Of a DNA stretch of 64,000 nucleotides, positions 50,631-61,737 are shown piece by piece (positions within the stretch are counted from its first letter, which is position 1; the number at the start of each line of letters is the position of its first letter). A program made the translations under genes and the position numbers. The notes under the pieces are model-generated. The model was not told where the DNA came from. It did no database searches and saw nothing but the letters and a program-made list of their open reading frames with translations. The DNA is from Squalus acanthias. Lineage: Eukaryota. The stretch lies in the NCBI GenBank assembly GCA_030390025.1, contig CM059425.1:166410001-166474000 (forward strand). Direction: 5' to 3'.

Positions 50631-51812
50631 TAAAAAGATTAATTAGGTGTAACTTTAATCTCTATCTGTAGGTACATATATGAGGGATAAATTGCCTATA
50701 GATGTGCCTAATATGTGCATCAGGGTGCAATTTGTTTATTTTGAGTTTTTCACAACACACAATCGTAATGATATATAAATAACATTCAAATGTGCCCTTG
50801 TCCATTGATACTGTCTTCGTGGCAATTACTAGTCTATGGACATGACAGGGAATTAGTGACAAGGATATTGTAACAATATAAATAGGAGTCAGTTTTGCTG
50901 CTTTTTAATGTTGGCTTTGCCATTGTGTATAGGTAGGAAATAAATGAACCCAAATTGGTCTTCATTGCACCGTTTTCTGGCCGGAGAAGTGTTTTAGCGG
51001 GTTTCTGAGGCCTAACAAGCAGCATCCACTAAAAAGTGTTTCTTTTTTTACTAATCTTCCTGTGGAGCCAGGAGGAGCCCCCGTCCCATTCTTCTTTTCC
51101 CCATCCCAGGACTAACCTGAGGGACACTACTGATGAGGTAGATGGCCCAAATTGGAGCACCGCTCGCGGGCGAACGGCCTCTGGAGGCGCAACAGGTCCC
51201 AGAAGGTTGCCCAATTATTATAGTGAGGTCAAAGGTCTAACTTTGGGCGAGCCTCAGGCCTCCTGGGCTCGCTCTGCGTGTGTGCTGTCAGTTATACCCC
51301 TGAAAACAGGCCATAACAAATTTCTACCCCAGTACTGTTCTCTCACATTTAAGTCTCAGATATCAATTGTAGATGAACAAAGTGACCCACCATCCATCCT
51401 TTTTCTTAAATTTAAATAGCCTATGTATATCATCCATGTGCACAGGCAAATTGGGAACAGAAAATGGTGCACAGCTATTTTCACAATATGCATATTCAAG
51501 TAGGCAAAAAAGTAATTGGGCATATGCTCATTGTGAATATGCTCATTGTGAATATGCCTGATTGAATAATAAAAATGCCAACTTCTTTGTGTAAGTAAGT
51601 AGTCTTCATCTTTTTTTCGTTCTTTATGTCACATAATTAAAATATTGAATAGGATTTCTGTAATAGTTGTCAGAGGCTGTTCTACCACCAGTAATATGCT
51701 GAATTGAAACTTACTGTTTCATACAAAATAGCATGAGTGACAGGCATTTTGAATTTCCCTCTGGTCCTGTATTATTAGTGAGGTGCAGGGACTGGGGTGG
51801 GCTGGTTTCCAT

Positions 51813-52121
51813 AACAACAACAACTTGTATTTATATAGCACCTTTAACATAGTAAAATGTCCCAAGGTGCTGCCCAGGAGGATCAAAAGACAAAAAATTT
51901 GACACCGAGCCACATAAGGATAAATTAGGGCAGGTGACCAAAAGCTTGGTCAAAGAGGTAGGTTTTAAGGAGCGTCTTAAAGGAGGAAAGAGAGGTAGCG
52001 AGGCGGAGAGGTTTAGGCAGGGAATTCCAGAGCTTAGGGTCTAGGCAACAGAAGGCACGGCCACCAATGGTTGAGCGATTATAATCAGGGATCCTCAAGA
52101 GGGCAGAATTAGAGGAGCGCA
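51813..52121 (-). mobile_element. L2 3'-end fragment
   Basis: RSTIGGRAF...PKLWNSLP...SSFKTLLKTYLF with a (TTG)n tail. Matches 58332-58640. Confidence 0.8.
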
Positions 52122-52329
52122 GGACAGAAGCAAATTGAGATGCCACTTTAATCTTGTTGTTATTAGTTGGCTCTACTATCGTAAGAGATAAAATCAGTAA
52201 ATGTTGGTCTGCAGCAGAGCTACAGTTGGCTCCTTGGTGGAGAAGCAGTTTTTCGGTAAACAATGCAGGCTGTCCGCATTGGGATAGCACTCCAGCTGTG
52301 CAGTTGTACTGTGACTAACCATAGTAGCA

Positions 52330-53050
52330 TGTTGTGAGGTATTGGGCAGTGCACTGGATGACACACTGGCTTTCACCTCTGGTACTTTGGTTTAAATTGG
52401 ACGAAGACATGATCAAACTGTATGGTGCTTTGGTCAGACTGCACCTTGAATACTGTGTCCAGTTCTGGTCACCAAGAATAAGGAAGACATTCAGGCCCTG
52501 GAAGCAATACAAAGAAGAACCGTCAGGGTTATCTCTAGTGTCAAGGTCTGATTTACGAAGAAAGACTGAAGAAACCAAAGCTTCTCAGCTTGGAAAGGAG
52601 GCAACCGAGAGATGGTCTTATAGAGCTATATAAGGTAAATCCACAAAATGTTTAATTAAATTGTGGGACTAAAATGAGGGAATATAGGTTCAAATTAATA
52701 AAAGGAAAATTTAGGACTGATATCAGGAACTTTTTCACACAAAGGGTGATCGACATATGGAAAGATATTTCCAGACAGAGCAGTAGCGGTGAAAGCCCTG
52801 GAATCATTTAAGAAACATTGGCCTAGATATTCGATGGCACCTCATCTGTTTTTGGGCGCAATCAAATTTCTCGGCCATTAGATGCAGTGGGGGTGGTGTG
52901 GCGGGGGGGGGGGGGGTGGCTGTACCATTTTTATGGATGGTAGCGCTGAGATGGGCCAAATGGCCTTTATCTGTAGCCCAACAAAATGGGATGAAAGTCT
53001 TCTCTGTCGGCTGTAAGGGTCCTAAGTGAAAAAGTATAAGCTGCCTCAAC
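52330..53050 (+). mobile_element. Old tRNA-derived SINE relic interrupted by a decayed CR1 3' fragment (~52402-52965)
   Basis: [15 protein letters not shown] marks the CR1 part. The SINE body GGGATGAAAGTC...GGCTGTAAGGGTC is shared with 55300-55340. Confidence 0.55.
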
Positions 53051-53245
53051 ACAGTTGTAGTACAAAATTGACTCTAATTGGCAACAGCAATAAAAGGCCA
53101 GAGGATGGTGTGGTAAGTGGAAAAATACCACATTGTTGCAGTAAAGGGTGTTCTTCTGAGGTTGGGGCTTAGGAACAATGCTGGAACAGAGTAGAGGAGT
53201 TTCACTTTCAGCTAACCATACTATACCTGACCTGCGAATACTTGA

Positions 53246-54089
53246 AATAAAAACAGAAAATGCTGGAAATACTCAGCAGGTCAGGCAGCATCTGTGGAGA
53301 GAGAAACAGAGTTAACGTTTCAGGTCGATGACCTTTCATCAGAACTGGAAAAAGTTGGAGATATAACAGATTTTAAGCAAGTGCAGAGGCAGGGAAAGGG
53401 GGGAGGGAGGAAAAAACAAAAGGGAAGGTCTGTGATAGGATGGAGAGCAGGAGAGATTAAATGACAAAAGGGATGATGGTGCAAGGCAAAAGGGGGTGGT
53501 AATGGGACAAATAAAGAAACAAAAGATGGGTCTAGAAGAAGTGTAAATGGGAATAGCAGAATCAGCACCTGCTGTCTGAAAAATGGGGACAGAGGTTATG
53601 GTCTGAAATTGTTGAACTCAATGTTGAGTCCAGAAGGCTGTAAAGTGCCTAATCGAAAGATGAGGTGCTGTTCCTTGAGCTTACGTTGAGGTTCATTGGA
53701 ACAGTGAAGGAGGCTGAGGACGAAGAGGTCAGAGCGGGAGTGGTGCGGAGAATTAAAGTGACAGGCGATTGGAAGCTCGGGGTCACCCTTATGGACTGAA
53801 CAGAGGTGTTCCGCAAAGTGGTCACCCAATCTACGTTTGGTCTCCCGAATGTAGAGGAGACCGCATCGTGAGCACCGAATACAGTATACTAAATTGAAGA
53901 AAGTACAAGTAAATTGCTGTTTCACTTGGAAGGAATGTTTGGGGCCCAGGACGGTGGGAAGGGAGGAGGTAAAAGGTCAGGTGTTGCATCTCCTGCGCTT
54001 GCACTGGAAGGTGCCGTGGGAAGAGGAGAGGGTGCTGGGGTGATTGAGGAGTGGATCAGGGTGTCGCGGAGGGAATGGTTCCTTCAAAA
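53246..54089 (-). mobile_element. Penelope-like element family 2, 5'-truncated
   Basis: ORF 53596..53925 contains LVYCIRCSRCGLLYIRETKRRLGDHFAEH...GLNIEF (GIY-YIG). A hammerhead motif lies at 53310-53346 (-). Confidence 0.87.
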
Positions 54090-55221
54090 ACTTGATACTA
54101 ACTCTAGATGCACATAATAGGAATTAACTAACATTCTTCTCTCTGGTGAATATAAATTCTAGTGAAACTTACTACAAGGTACATTAATCACCAACTAATG
54201 TTTAGGAATAAGGTGTAATTTTCTGAATTTGTGCTCCTGGTAAGCAGCTTTATCCCAGGAGCTCATATCAGTTTTTCCAACCATTTAAATGAATGATCAG
54301 GAAATTGTGTACAGTGTGTGCCTGAATTTCAAATATGTAAGGGTCCCTGTCAGTAGCATGAAATCAATAAAGTACCCCTATAAAGGCAATTTGTGGTAGG
54401 GAAGCAATTTCCTCCAATACCACGGTTCTTAAGGTTAGTGTTCTGAATTGTTGGCAGCCTGTGGTGCAGTAACATTCAGCAACAGGAGTACAAAAGCAAA
54501 ATACTGCGGATGCTGGACCTGAAACGTTAACTCTTTTTATTTCAGAAATCGGAGCCCAGACTAATTTTCCTCTTATTAGCCTGGGGTCACTAAAGCCAAA
54601 AGGAAAAGCTGGCTTCAATCATCCTTATTAAGTCTGATAGCAGAGGCATATTAACATCAGTTGAGAAGAAGTTGGCAATCTTGACCAACCTAATCTCCTG
54701 CTTCAGGGAAGGTGTCTGGAGATAAATGGAAGAGAAAAAAATGAAAATAGATCTAACTTAGTCAGTTCGCATACCAGGCTGGCACGGGATGATAAAATCC
54801 ATTGTCATTGCCATCTCCCCTCTTCCAGCTCACACGGTTTTATGCCCATTGTCACTCTTCCATTCTGGTTTTCTAATGTCTAGTTTCACCATCTCAGCTT
54901 TGGTCTTCTATGTGGTGTTTTCCTGCTGGGACTCTTCGAAGGGCTTGGACCTTTCACCATCAATCCAAATTGGTTGTCAAGTACTTTTGTCTGTTTGTGG
55001 ATAATAAGGCGCTATATAAATGCAACTTTTTTCTTTGTTTATATGCCTTAGCATTACATTGTTCTCACTAAATATAATCGTATATTTGGTGAAGAACATA
55101 ATGATAAGGCATGCACAGAAAGTAACCCCATAGTAAAATGAACTTTACCATTGTGGTGACTTTGATTTCAACTCATATAGAAAATTGACTCTTCCAAGTC
55201 TTTGTTAAAAATTTTCTCAGT

Positions 55222-55440
55222 TTAGGGGATTGGGTGGTAGAGTGGATTAGGTACTAGCTTTTTTTCCCTGGGACCTGGGTTTGAATTTGGCCCAGCCTCA
55301 TGGGATTAAAGTCTCTAGTCTGTTGGCTGTAAGGGTCTTTTGTGAAATAGTTTGGGTAGACTCAATCCAGTCCCTACTTGGCCTAGAGGTACAGTAAAAA
55401 GCTCCCTCCCATCCACCCCTGACAATTTGATACTAATTGT
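55222..55440 (+). mobile_element. tRNA-derived SINE relic
   Basis: A-box-like GGTGGTAGAGTGG and B-box-like GGTTTGAAT, with a body shared with 52985-53030. Confidence 0.55.
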
Positions 55441-55679
55441 CACTAAATTGGTATTGTAAATATCAAACTGACATACTGATGTGACAGGAGGTCTTGCTGA
55501 AGCAGAGAGGAAGCTCAGCATGTAACTGTGCTGTACCTGACCTAGGAATCCTTGTTGCTGACACCGAGTACCTGAAATTGAACATGTGCCATTCCCTGTA
55601 TCCCTCACTTTGACAAGCGTAAGATTAAAAATGTTGACAATTTTTTTTTCAATTTAAGTACAAATCACCAAAACATCAT

Positions 55680-57266
55680 CAGGCCAGGCAGCATTCGTGG
55701 AGAGAGAAACAGAGTTAACATTTCAGGTTTGGGACCCTTCATCAGAACTCCCACTCTGATCTCTCTGTCCTCAGCCTCTTACATTGTTCCAATGAAGCTC
55801 AACGTAAGCTCGAGGAACAGCACCTCATCTTTCGATTAGGCACTTTACAGCCTTTTGGACTCAACATTGAAACATAGAAACATAGAAGATAGGAGCAGGA
55901 GTAGGCCATTTGGCTTCTCGAGCCTGTGCTGCCATTTAATGAGATCATGGCTGATCATCCAAATTCAGTACCCTGTCCCTGCTTTCTCCCCATATCCCTT
56001 AATCCCCTTAGCCTTAAGAAATATATCTAACTCCTTCTTGAATATATTTAATGAATTGGCCTCAACTGCCTTTTGTGGTAGAGAATTCCACAGGTTCACC
56101 ACTCTCTGGGTGAAGAAATTCCTCCTCATCTCAGTCCTAAATGGCTTACCCCTTATCCTTAGACTGTGACCCCTGATTCTGGACTCCCCGGCCATCGGGA
56201 ACATCCTTCCTGCATCTAGTCTGTCTAGTCCTGTTAGAATTTTATAAGTTTCAATGAGATCCCCTCTCATTCTTCTAAACTCTAGCGAATATAAGCCTAA
56301 TCGACCCAATCTCTCCTCATACATCATTCCTGCCATCCCAGGTATCAGTCTGGTGAATCTTCGCTGCACTCTCTCCATGGCAAGAACATCCTTCCTCAGA
56401 TAAGGCGACCAAAACTGCACACAATACTCCAGGTGTGGTCTCACCAAGGCCCTGTACAACTGCAGCAAGACATTTTCCCCACTACCGATGTCAGGCCCCG
56501 TTTTCTCTCTACCACCTTTTTTAAATAGTGGGGTTACATTAGCTACCCTCCAATCCATGGGAACTGTTCCAGAGTCTATAGAATTTTGGAAGATGACCAG
56601 CAATGCATCTACTATTTCTAGGGCCACTTCCTTAAGTACCCTAGGATGTAGATTATCAGGCCCTGGGGATTTATCGGCCTTTAATCCCGTCAATTTCCCT
56701 AACACCATTTCCCTACAAATACTGATTTCATTCAGTTCCTCCCTCTCATCAGACCCTATGTTCCCCGACATCTCTGGGAGTTTATTTGTGTCCTCCTTTG
56801 TGAAGACAGAACCAAAGTATGTATTTAATTGGTCTGCCATTTCTTTGTTCCCCATTATAAATTCCCCTGATTCTGACTGCAAGGGACCTACGCTTGACTT
56901 CACCAATCTTTTTCTCTTCACATATCTATTGAGTTCAACAATTTCAAACCATAACCCCTGCTCCCATTTTTCATGCTGTATCATGTTGCCATCCCCATTT
57001 GCAATATTTTATCTTTCCTGTCTCTTCCTTAGCACAGTATGTCCCTTCAATTTCTTCTTCCCCTCCCACGCACCCCCCCCTCCCTGTCTCTGCACCTGCT
57101 TAATATCTGTTACATCTCCAGCTTTTTCCAGTTCTGATGAAGGGTCCCAGACCTGAAACGTTAACTCTGTTTCTCTCTCCATGGATGCTGCCTGGCCTGC
57201 TGAGCGTTTCCAGCATTTTCTGTTGTTATTTTAGATTTCCAGCATCCGCAGTATTTTGCTATTACT
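55680..57266 (+). mobile_element. PLE family 2 insertion with a short 5'-inverted copy (55680-55750), split by a CR1 at 55871-56927
   Basis: 12-bp TSD CCAAAACATCAT (55668-55679 / 57267-57278). EQHLIFRLGTLQ..GLNIE|FNNF rejoins across the CR1. Hammerheads lie at 57130-57166 (+) and, degenerate, at 55713-55749 (-). Confidence 0.85.
55871..56927 (-). mobile_element. CR1 fragment with the RT core deleted
   Basis: KSPGPDNLHPRVLKE and WRVANVTPLFKKG join directly to [19 protein letters not shown] near 56480. There is an (AAACATAG)n tail and an ATTGA duplication at the flanks. Confidence 0.85.
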
Positions 57267-58108
57267 CCAAAACATCATAGTCATTTCACACTGAAAGTAA
57301 TTGTTTAATCAATGCCTTGAGAAATATCAATAGCATTTTCTGGAAAACATTTAATTTGTAATGGTAGAACTCTGTCCCACTGTGTACGATTAAAATTAGA
57401 CATGATTAAATGCCATACCCTCAGAATAAGCCACTCTGCCACAAAAACATTTACTTTGATTTCCCCTAATTAGAGCAACAGTAAAACTGGCCAACCCCAC
57501 AGTTGGCCTTTTTATGCCTGTTAACTTGAAAATGAACTTGTAAACTTCTTTGAACACACAGGGGAATTGTATTTTGTGCTGTAAATGACTGAGATGTTCT
57601 TGATCTTTATCATTCTTGATCAATGTACTGTAGCTAACCACCTAATGCCTGCCGAAACAGCAGAAATTTCCACCAGAGATGTTGCACTTCTGTTTACTCC
57701 CAGGGCTATTTAGCATCTTGCCAGGAATAAAAACAACTTAAAAGGTAAGGCTGAATATATTGTGCCCTTTATTATTTATTATATTGCCCATTAGAGAAAT
57801 TAAAAATTCGATGTTGGAAAGCTGAGAATAGTTAAAGGTGAAGATAAAGTCATAAGACAAAACGGGCAGGCCATAGGAATCTTTGAGCAGGAAGGATGCA
57901 CGTATCTGTATATTAAGATCAGAATGTGAGAAGCACTAGAAAACAAATACAGTAATTGGATTACTCAAATTGATAGAGAATTGAACAATAAATGGAACGC
58001 AGTCTTTAATTAAATAACAATTGTTATTTCTAAGTGAGGTGCCATATGATATTGTTTGTTTAGATTTATAAAGTTGAAAAATGGCAAATTCAACTGTCTA
58101 GAGACAAT

Positions 58109-58317
58109 GGGGGTGAAATTTGACTTCTGCTCCAAACGGGTATGAAGCCTGCGGAGTGGTCATGCCTGAACCATACTGGGGGTTGGGACTCATTTAAATG
58201 CTGCTGGCCAGCTGTAAGTGACAGATGCTCCTCAATAGCACGTCGCCGAATTTTGCGCCCCGTTAGCACCCCCCGGAGGCACTAACGGCAGGCGCAAAGG
58301 AGCTGAATTTCACGGCC
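58109..58317. mobile_element. Small Harbinger-like MITE (~209 bp)
   Basis: GGGGGTGAAATT...AATTTCACGGCC termini with AAT/ATT flanks. Confidence 0.55.
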
Positions 58318-59034
58318 ATTGTGTCAATGGGACAACAACAACTTGTATTTATATAGCGCCTTTAACATAGTAAAACATCCCAAGGCTTCACAGGAGTGTT
58401 ATAAGAACAAAAAAAAATTGACACCGAGCCACATAAGGAGAAATTAGGGCAGATGACCAAAAGCTTGGTCAAAAAGGTAGGTTTTAAGGAGTGTCTTAAA
58501 GGAAAAAAGAGAGGTAGAGAGGCGGAGAGGTTATGGGAGGGAATTCCAGAGCTTAGGGCCTTGCAGCTGAAGGGACAGCCACCAATGGTTGAGCGATTAT
58601 AATCGGATGATCAAGAGGGCAGAATTAGAGGGGCGCAGATATCTTGGGGGGGTTAGAACATAAGAACATAAGACATAGGAGCAGGAGTAGGTCATTTGGC
58701 CCCTCGAGCCTGCTCCGCCATTCAGTAAGATCATGGCTGATCTGATCTTGGCCTCAACTCCACTTCCCTGCCCGCTCCCCATAACCCTTGACTCCTTTAC
58801 CTTTCAAAAATCTGTCTATCTCCACCTTAAATATACTCAATGACCCAGCCTCCACAGCTCTCTGGGGAAGAGAATTCCAAAGATTCACGACCCTCTGAGA
58901 TAAGAAATTCCTCCTCATTTCCGATTTAAATGGGTGCCCCCTTATTCTGAAATTATGCCCCCTAGTTCTAGATTCCCCCACGAGGGGAAACATCCTCGCT
59001 GCATCTACCCTGTCAACCCCCTTCAGAATCTTAT

Positions 59035-60628
59035 GGGGGAAAAATTCAGTTGGTTGCGCCTCCCGTTAGTGCCTTAAGAGGGCACTAATGGGGCGCAAAG
59101 CAACTAGCGCCCGGGTGCGGCGATGTTTGCGCCGCTCGCGAAATTAACTAGACATTTTGCGGCGGCGCTAAACACTACCGCCACGATCTCCTGCGCCGGC
59201 AGATTGTGACGTCAGTCAAGTGCGCAACGCCCCGGTTGTGCCCCAGAGCGGATATTGAGTGGCGCCCCCAGCCTTACCGCCTGCCGCTAGTAACGACAGG
59301 TTGAGGGGAGCATTTTGCAGTCAGGAAGGGACTGGGGGAGCACTATTTAAAGGCGAACGCTTCCTGCCTTCTTTTGTTGGTGACATTTTTGCACCACACA
59401 TTCTGAGAGAGAGAGAGGGGGAAAAATTCAGTATCGCCCCATTTGGGGCGCAATTATCGGCCGGGCGCAAAGATTAGTGCCTGGCGCTAATTATCGCCTC
59501 CGACTGCAAACTTGACTTTTATCACCCCTGGAGGTGATTGGAGCGATAAATCAGGCGCTACACATCTGTCTTAAGGTGCAAAGGCCGAGGAGCGAGGCGC
59601 TAACTCAGAGCGCTGGCGAAGCTCATGTGATGTCAGTCAGCAATGGAACACAGACACAATGGTGCCAGCCAGTTCTTAAAGGGAAGGATTGATCTTGCTC
59701 TCCATCCACAGCGTTGAATCTCTCCAGAAGTCTCTCTCTCTCTCTCTCAGAATGCGTGGTGCAAAAATGACACCAACAAAAAAAGGCAGGAAGCGGTCGC
59801 CTTTAAATAGCGCTCCCCCAGTCCCTTCCTGACTGCAAAATGCTCCACTCAACCTGTCATTGCTAGCTGCAGGCGGTAAGGCAGGGGGCGCCACTCAATA
59901 TTTGCTCCGGGGCGCTACCGGGGCGTTGCGCACTCGACTAACGTCACGATCTGCTGGCGCAGGAGATCGTGGCGGTAGTGTTTAGCGCCGTCGCAAAATG
60001 TCTAGTTAATTTCGCGAGCGGCGCAAAAATCGCCGCGCCCGGGCGCTAGTTGCTTTGCGCCCCATTAGCGCCCTCTTAAGGCGCTAACGGGAGGCGCGAC
60101 CAACTGAATTCTTCCCCCAGAGACTTCTGGAGAGATTCAATGCTGTGTGAAGGAGTTTTGGGTACTGAGCAGCACTTTGCAGGTTCATTTTGATTTGCCC
60201 TTCCTTGCATCTATTTAGAAGAGACTGTGGGGGCTGCACTCTGAGCTCTTTCCCTGGTTCTCTCCATTGTTCTTTCCAGCAGATTTGATGTACAGGTCTC
60301 TCCAGGCCGAGATTCAAGGCTGCAATGAGCAGGATGTGGATGGAGAGCAAGATCAACCCTCCCCTTTAAGAACTGGCCGGCGCCATTGTGTCTGTGTTCC
60401 ATTGCTGACTGACATCACATGAGCTTCGCCAGCGCTCTGAGTTAGTGCCTCGCTCCTCTGCCTTTGCGCCTTAAGACAGGTGTGAAGCACCTGATTTAGT
60501 GCTCCAATCACCTCCAGGGGCGATAAAAGCCAAGTTTGCAGTCGGAGGCGATAATTAGCGCCAGGCCCTAATCTTTGTGCCCGGCTGATAATTGTGCCCC
60601 AAATGGGGCGATACTGAATTTTTCCCCC
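59035..60628 (+). mobile_element. Family A Harbinger MITE (~889 bp without the nested copy)
   Basis: GGGGGAAAAATT...AATTTTTCCCCC termini with TAT TSD. Confidence 0.92.
59417..60118 (-). mobile_element. Family A Harbinger MITE, 702 bp, nested in inverted orientation in the (GA)n tract of its own family
   Basis: GGGGGAAAAATT...AATTCTTCCCCC termini with AGA TSD (59414-59416 / 60119-60121). Confidence 0.92.
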
Positions 60629-61737
60629 TATATGTTTCAATAAGATCCCCTCTCATTCTTCTAAACTCAAATGAGTATAGGCCCAACCTGCTCAACCTTT
60701 CTTCATAAGACAACCCCTTCATCTCCGGGATGTTGTGGGGCTGAAAGAGATTACAGAAATAGGGAGGGGTGAGGCCATGGCCATGGAGGGATTTGAAAAC
60801 AAGGATGGGGATTTTAAAATCGAGGCGTTGCTTATACGGGAGCCAATGTAGGTCAGCGAGCACAGGGGTGATGGGTGAACGGGACTTGCTGCGAATTAGG
60901 ACACGGGCAGCCGAGTTTTGGATGACCTCATGTTTACGTAGGGTAGAATGTGGGAAGTAGGCCAGGAGTGCGTTGGAATAATCAAGTCTAGAGGTAACAA
61001 AGGCATGGATGAGGGTTTCAGTAGCAGATGAGCTGAGGCAAGGGCGGAGATGAGCGATGTTAAGGAGGTGGAAATAGGCGGTCTTTGTTATGTTGCTGAT
61101 ATGTGGTTGGAAGCTCATTTCAGGGTCAAATATGACACCAAGGTTGCGAACAGTCTGGTTCAGCCTCAGACAGATGCTTGGGAGAGGGATGGAGTCAGGG
61201 GCTAGGGAACGGAGTTTGTGGCAGGGACCGAAGACAATGGTTTCAGTCTTCCCAATATTTAGTTGGAGAAAATTTCTGCTCATCCAGTACTGGATGTCGG
61301 ACAAGCAGTCTGACAATTTAGAGACCGTGGTGGGGTTGAGAGAAGTGGTGGTGAGTTAGAACTGGGTGTCATCAGCGTACATGTGGAAACTGACGCTGTG
61401 TTTTCGGATGATGTCGCCAAGGGGGCAGCATATAGCTGAGAAATAGGAGGGGGCCAAGGATAGATCCTTGGGGACCCCAGAGATAACGATGCGGGAGCAG
61501 GAAGAGAAGCCATTGCAGGTGATTCTCTGGCTACGATTAGATCGATAAGAATGGAACCAGGGAGTGCAGTGCCACCCAGTTGGATGATGGTTGCGAGGCT
61601 TTGGAGGAGGATGGAGTGGTCAACCGTGTCAAAGGCTGCAGGCAGGTCGAGATGGATGAGGAGGGATAGTTTACCTCTGTCACAATCACAAAAAGTATCA
61701 TTTGTCACTTCGATGAGAGCCGTTTCGATACTGTGGC

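Larger units (their letters stand above)
58655..60730 (-). mobile_element. CR1 3' fragment inserted in L2
   Basis: MKGLSYEERLSRLGLYS..RMRGDLIETY|KILKG..MFPLVGESRTRGH with a (CATAAGAA)n tail. L2 resumes at ~60731. Confidence 0.85.

Noticed and set aside
51530..51557. Short tandem ATATGCTCATTGTGA repeat or CRISPR-like array
   Set aside because: About two units with no spacers. No repeat-spacer array exists anywhere in the window.
55222..55290. tRNA gene
   Set aside because: Only degenerate A/B boxes followed by a repeat body and no cloverleaf, so it is a SINE head.
55965..56984. 339-aa ORF as a novel protein
   Set aside because: It is a chimera of antisense PLE sequence and an internally deleted CR1 ORF2.
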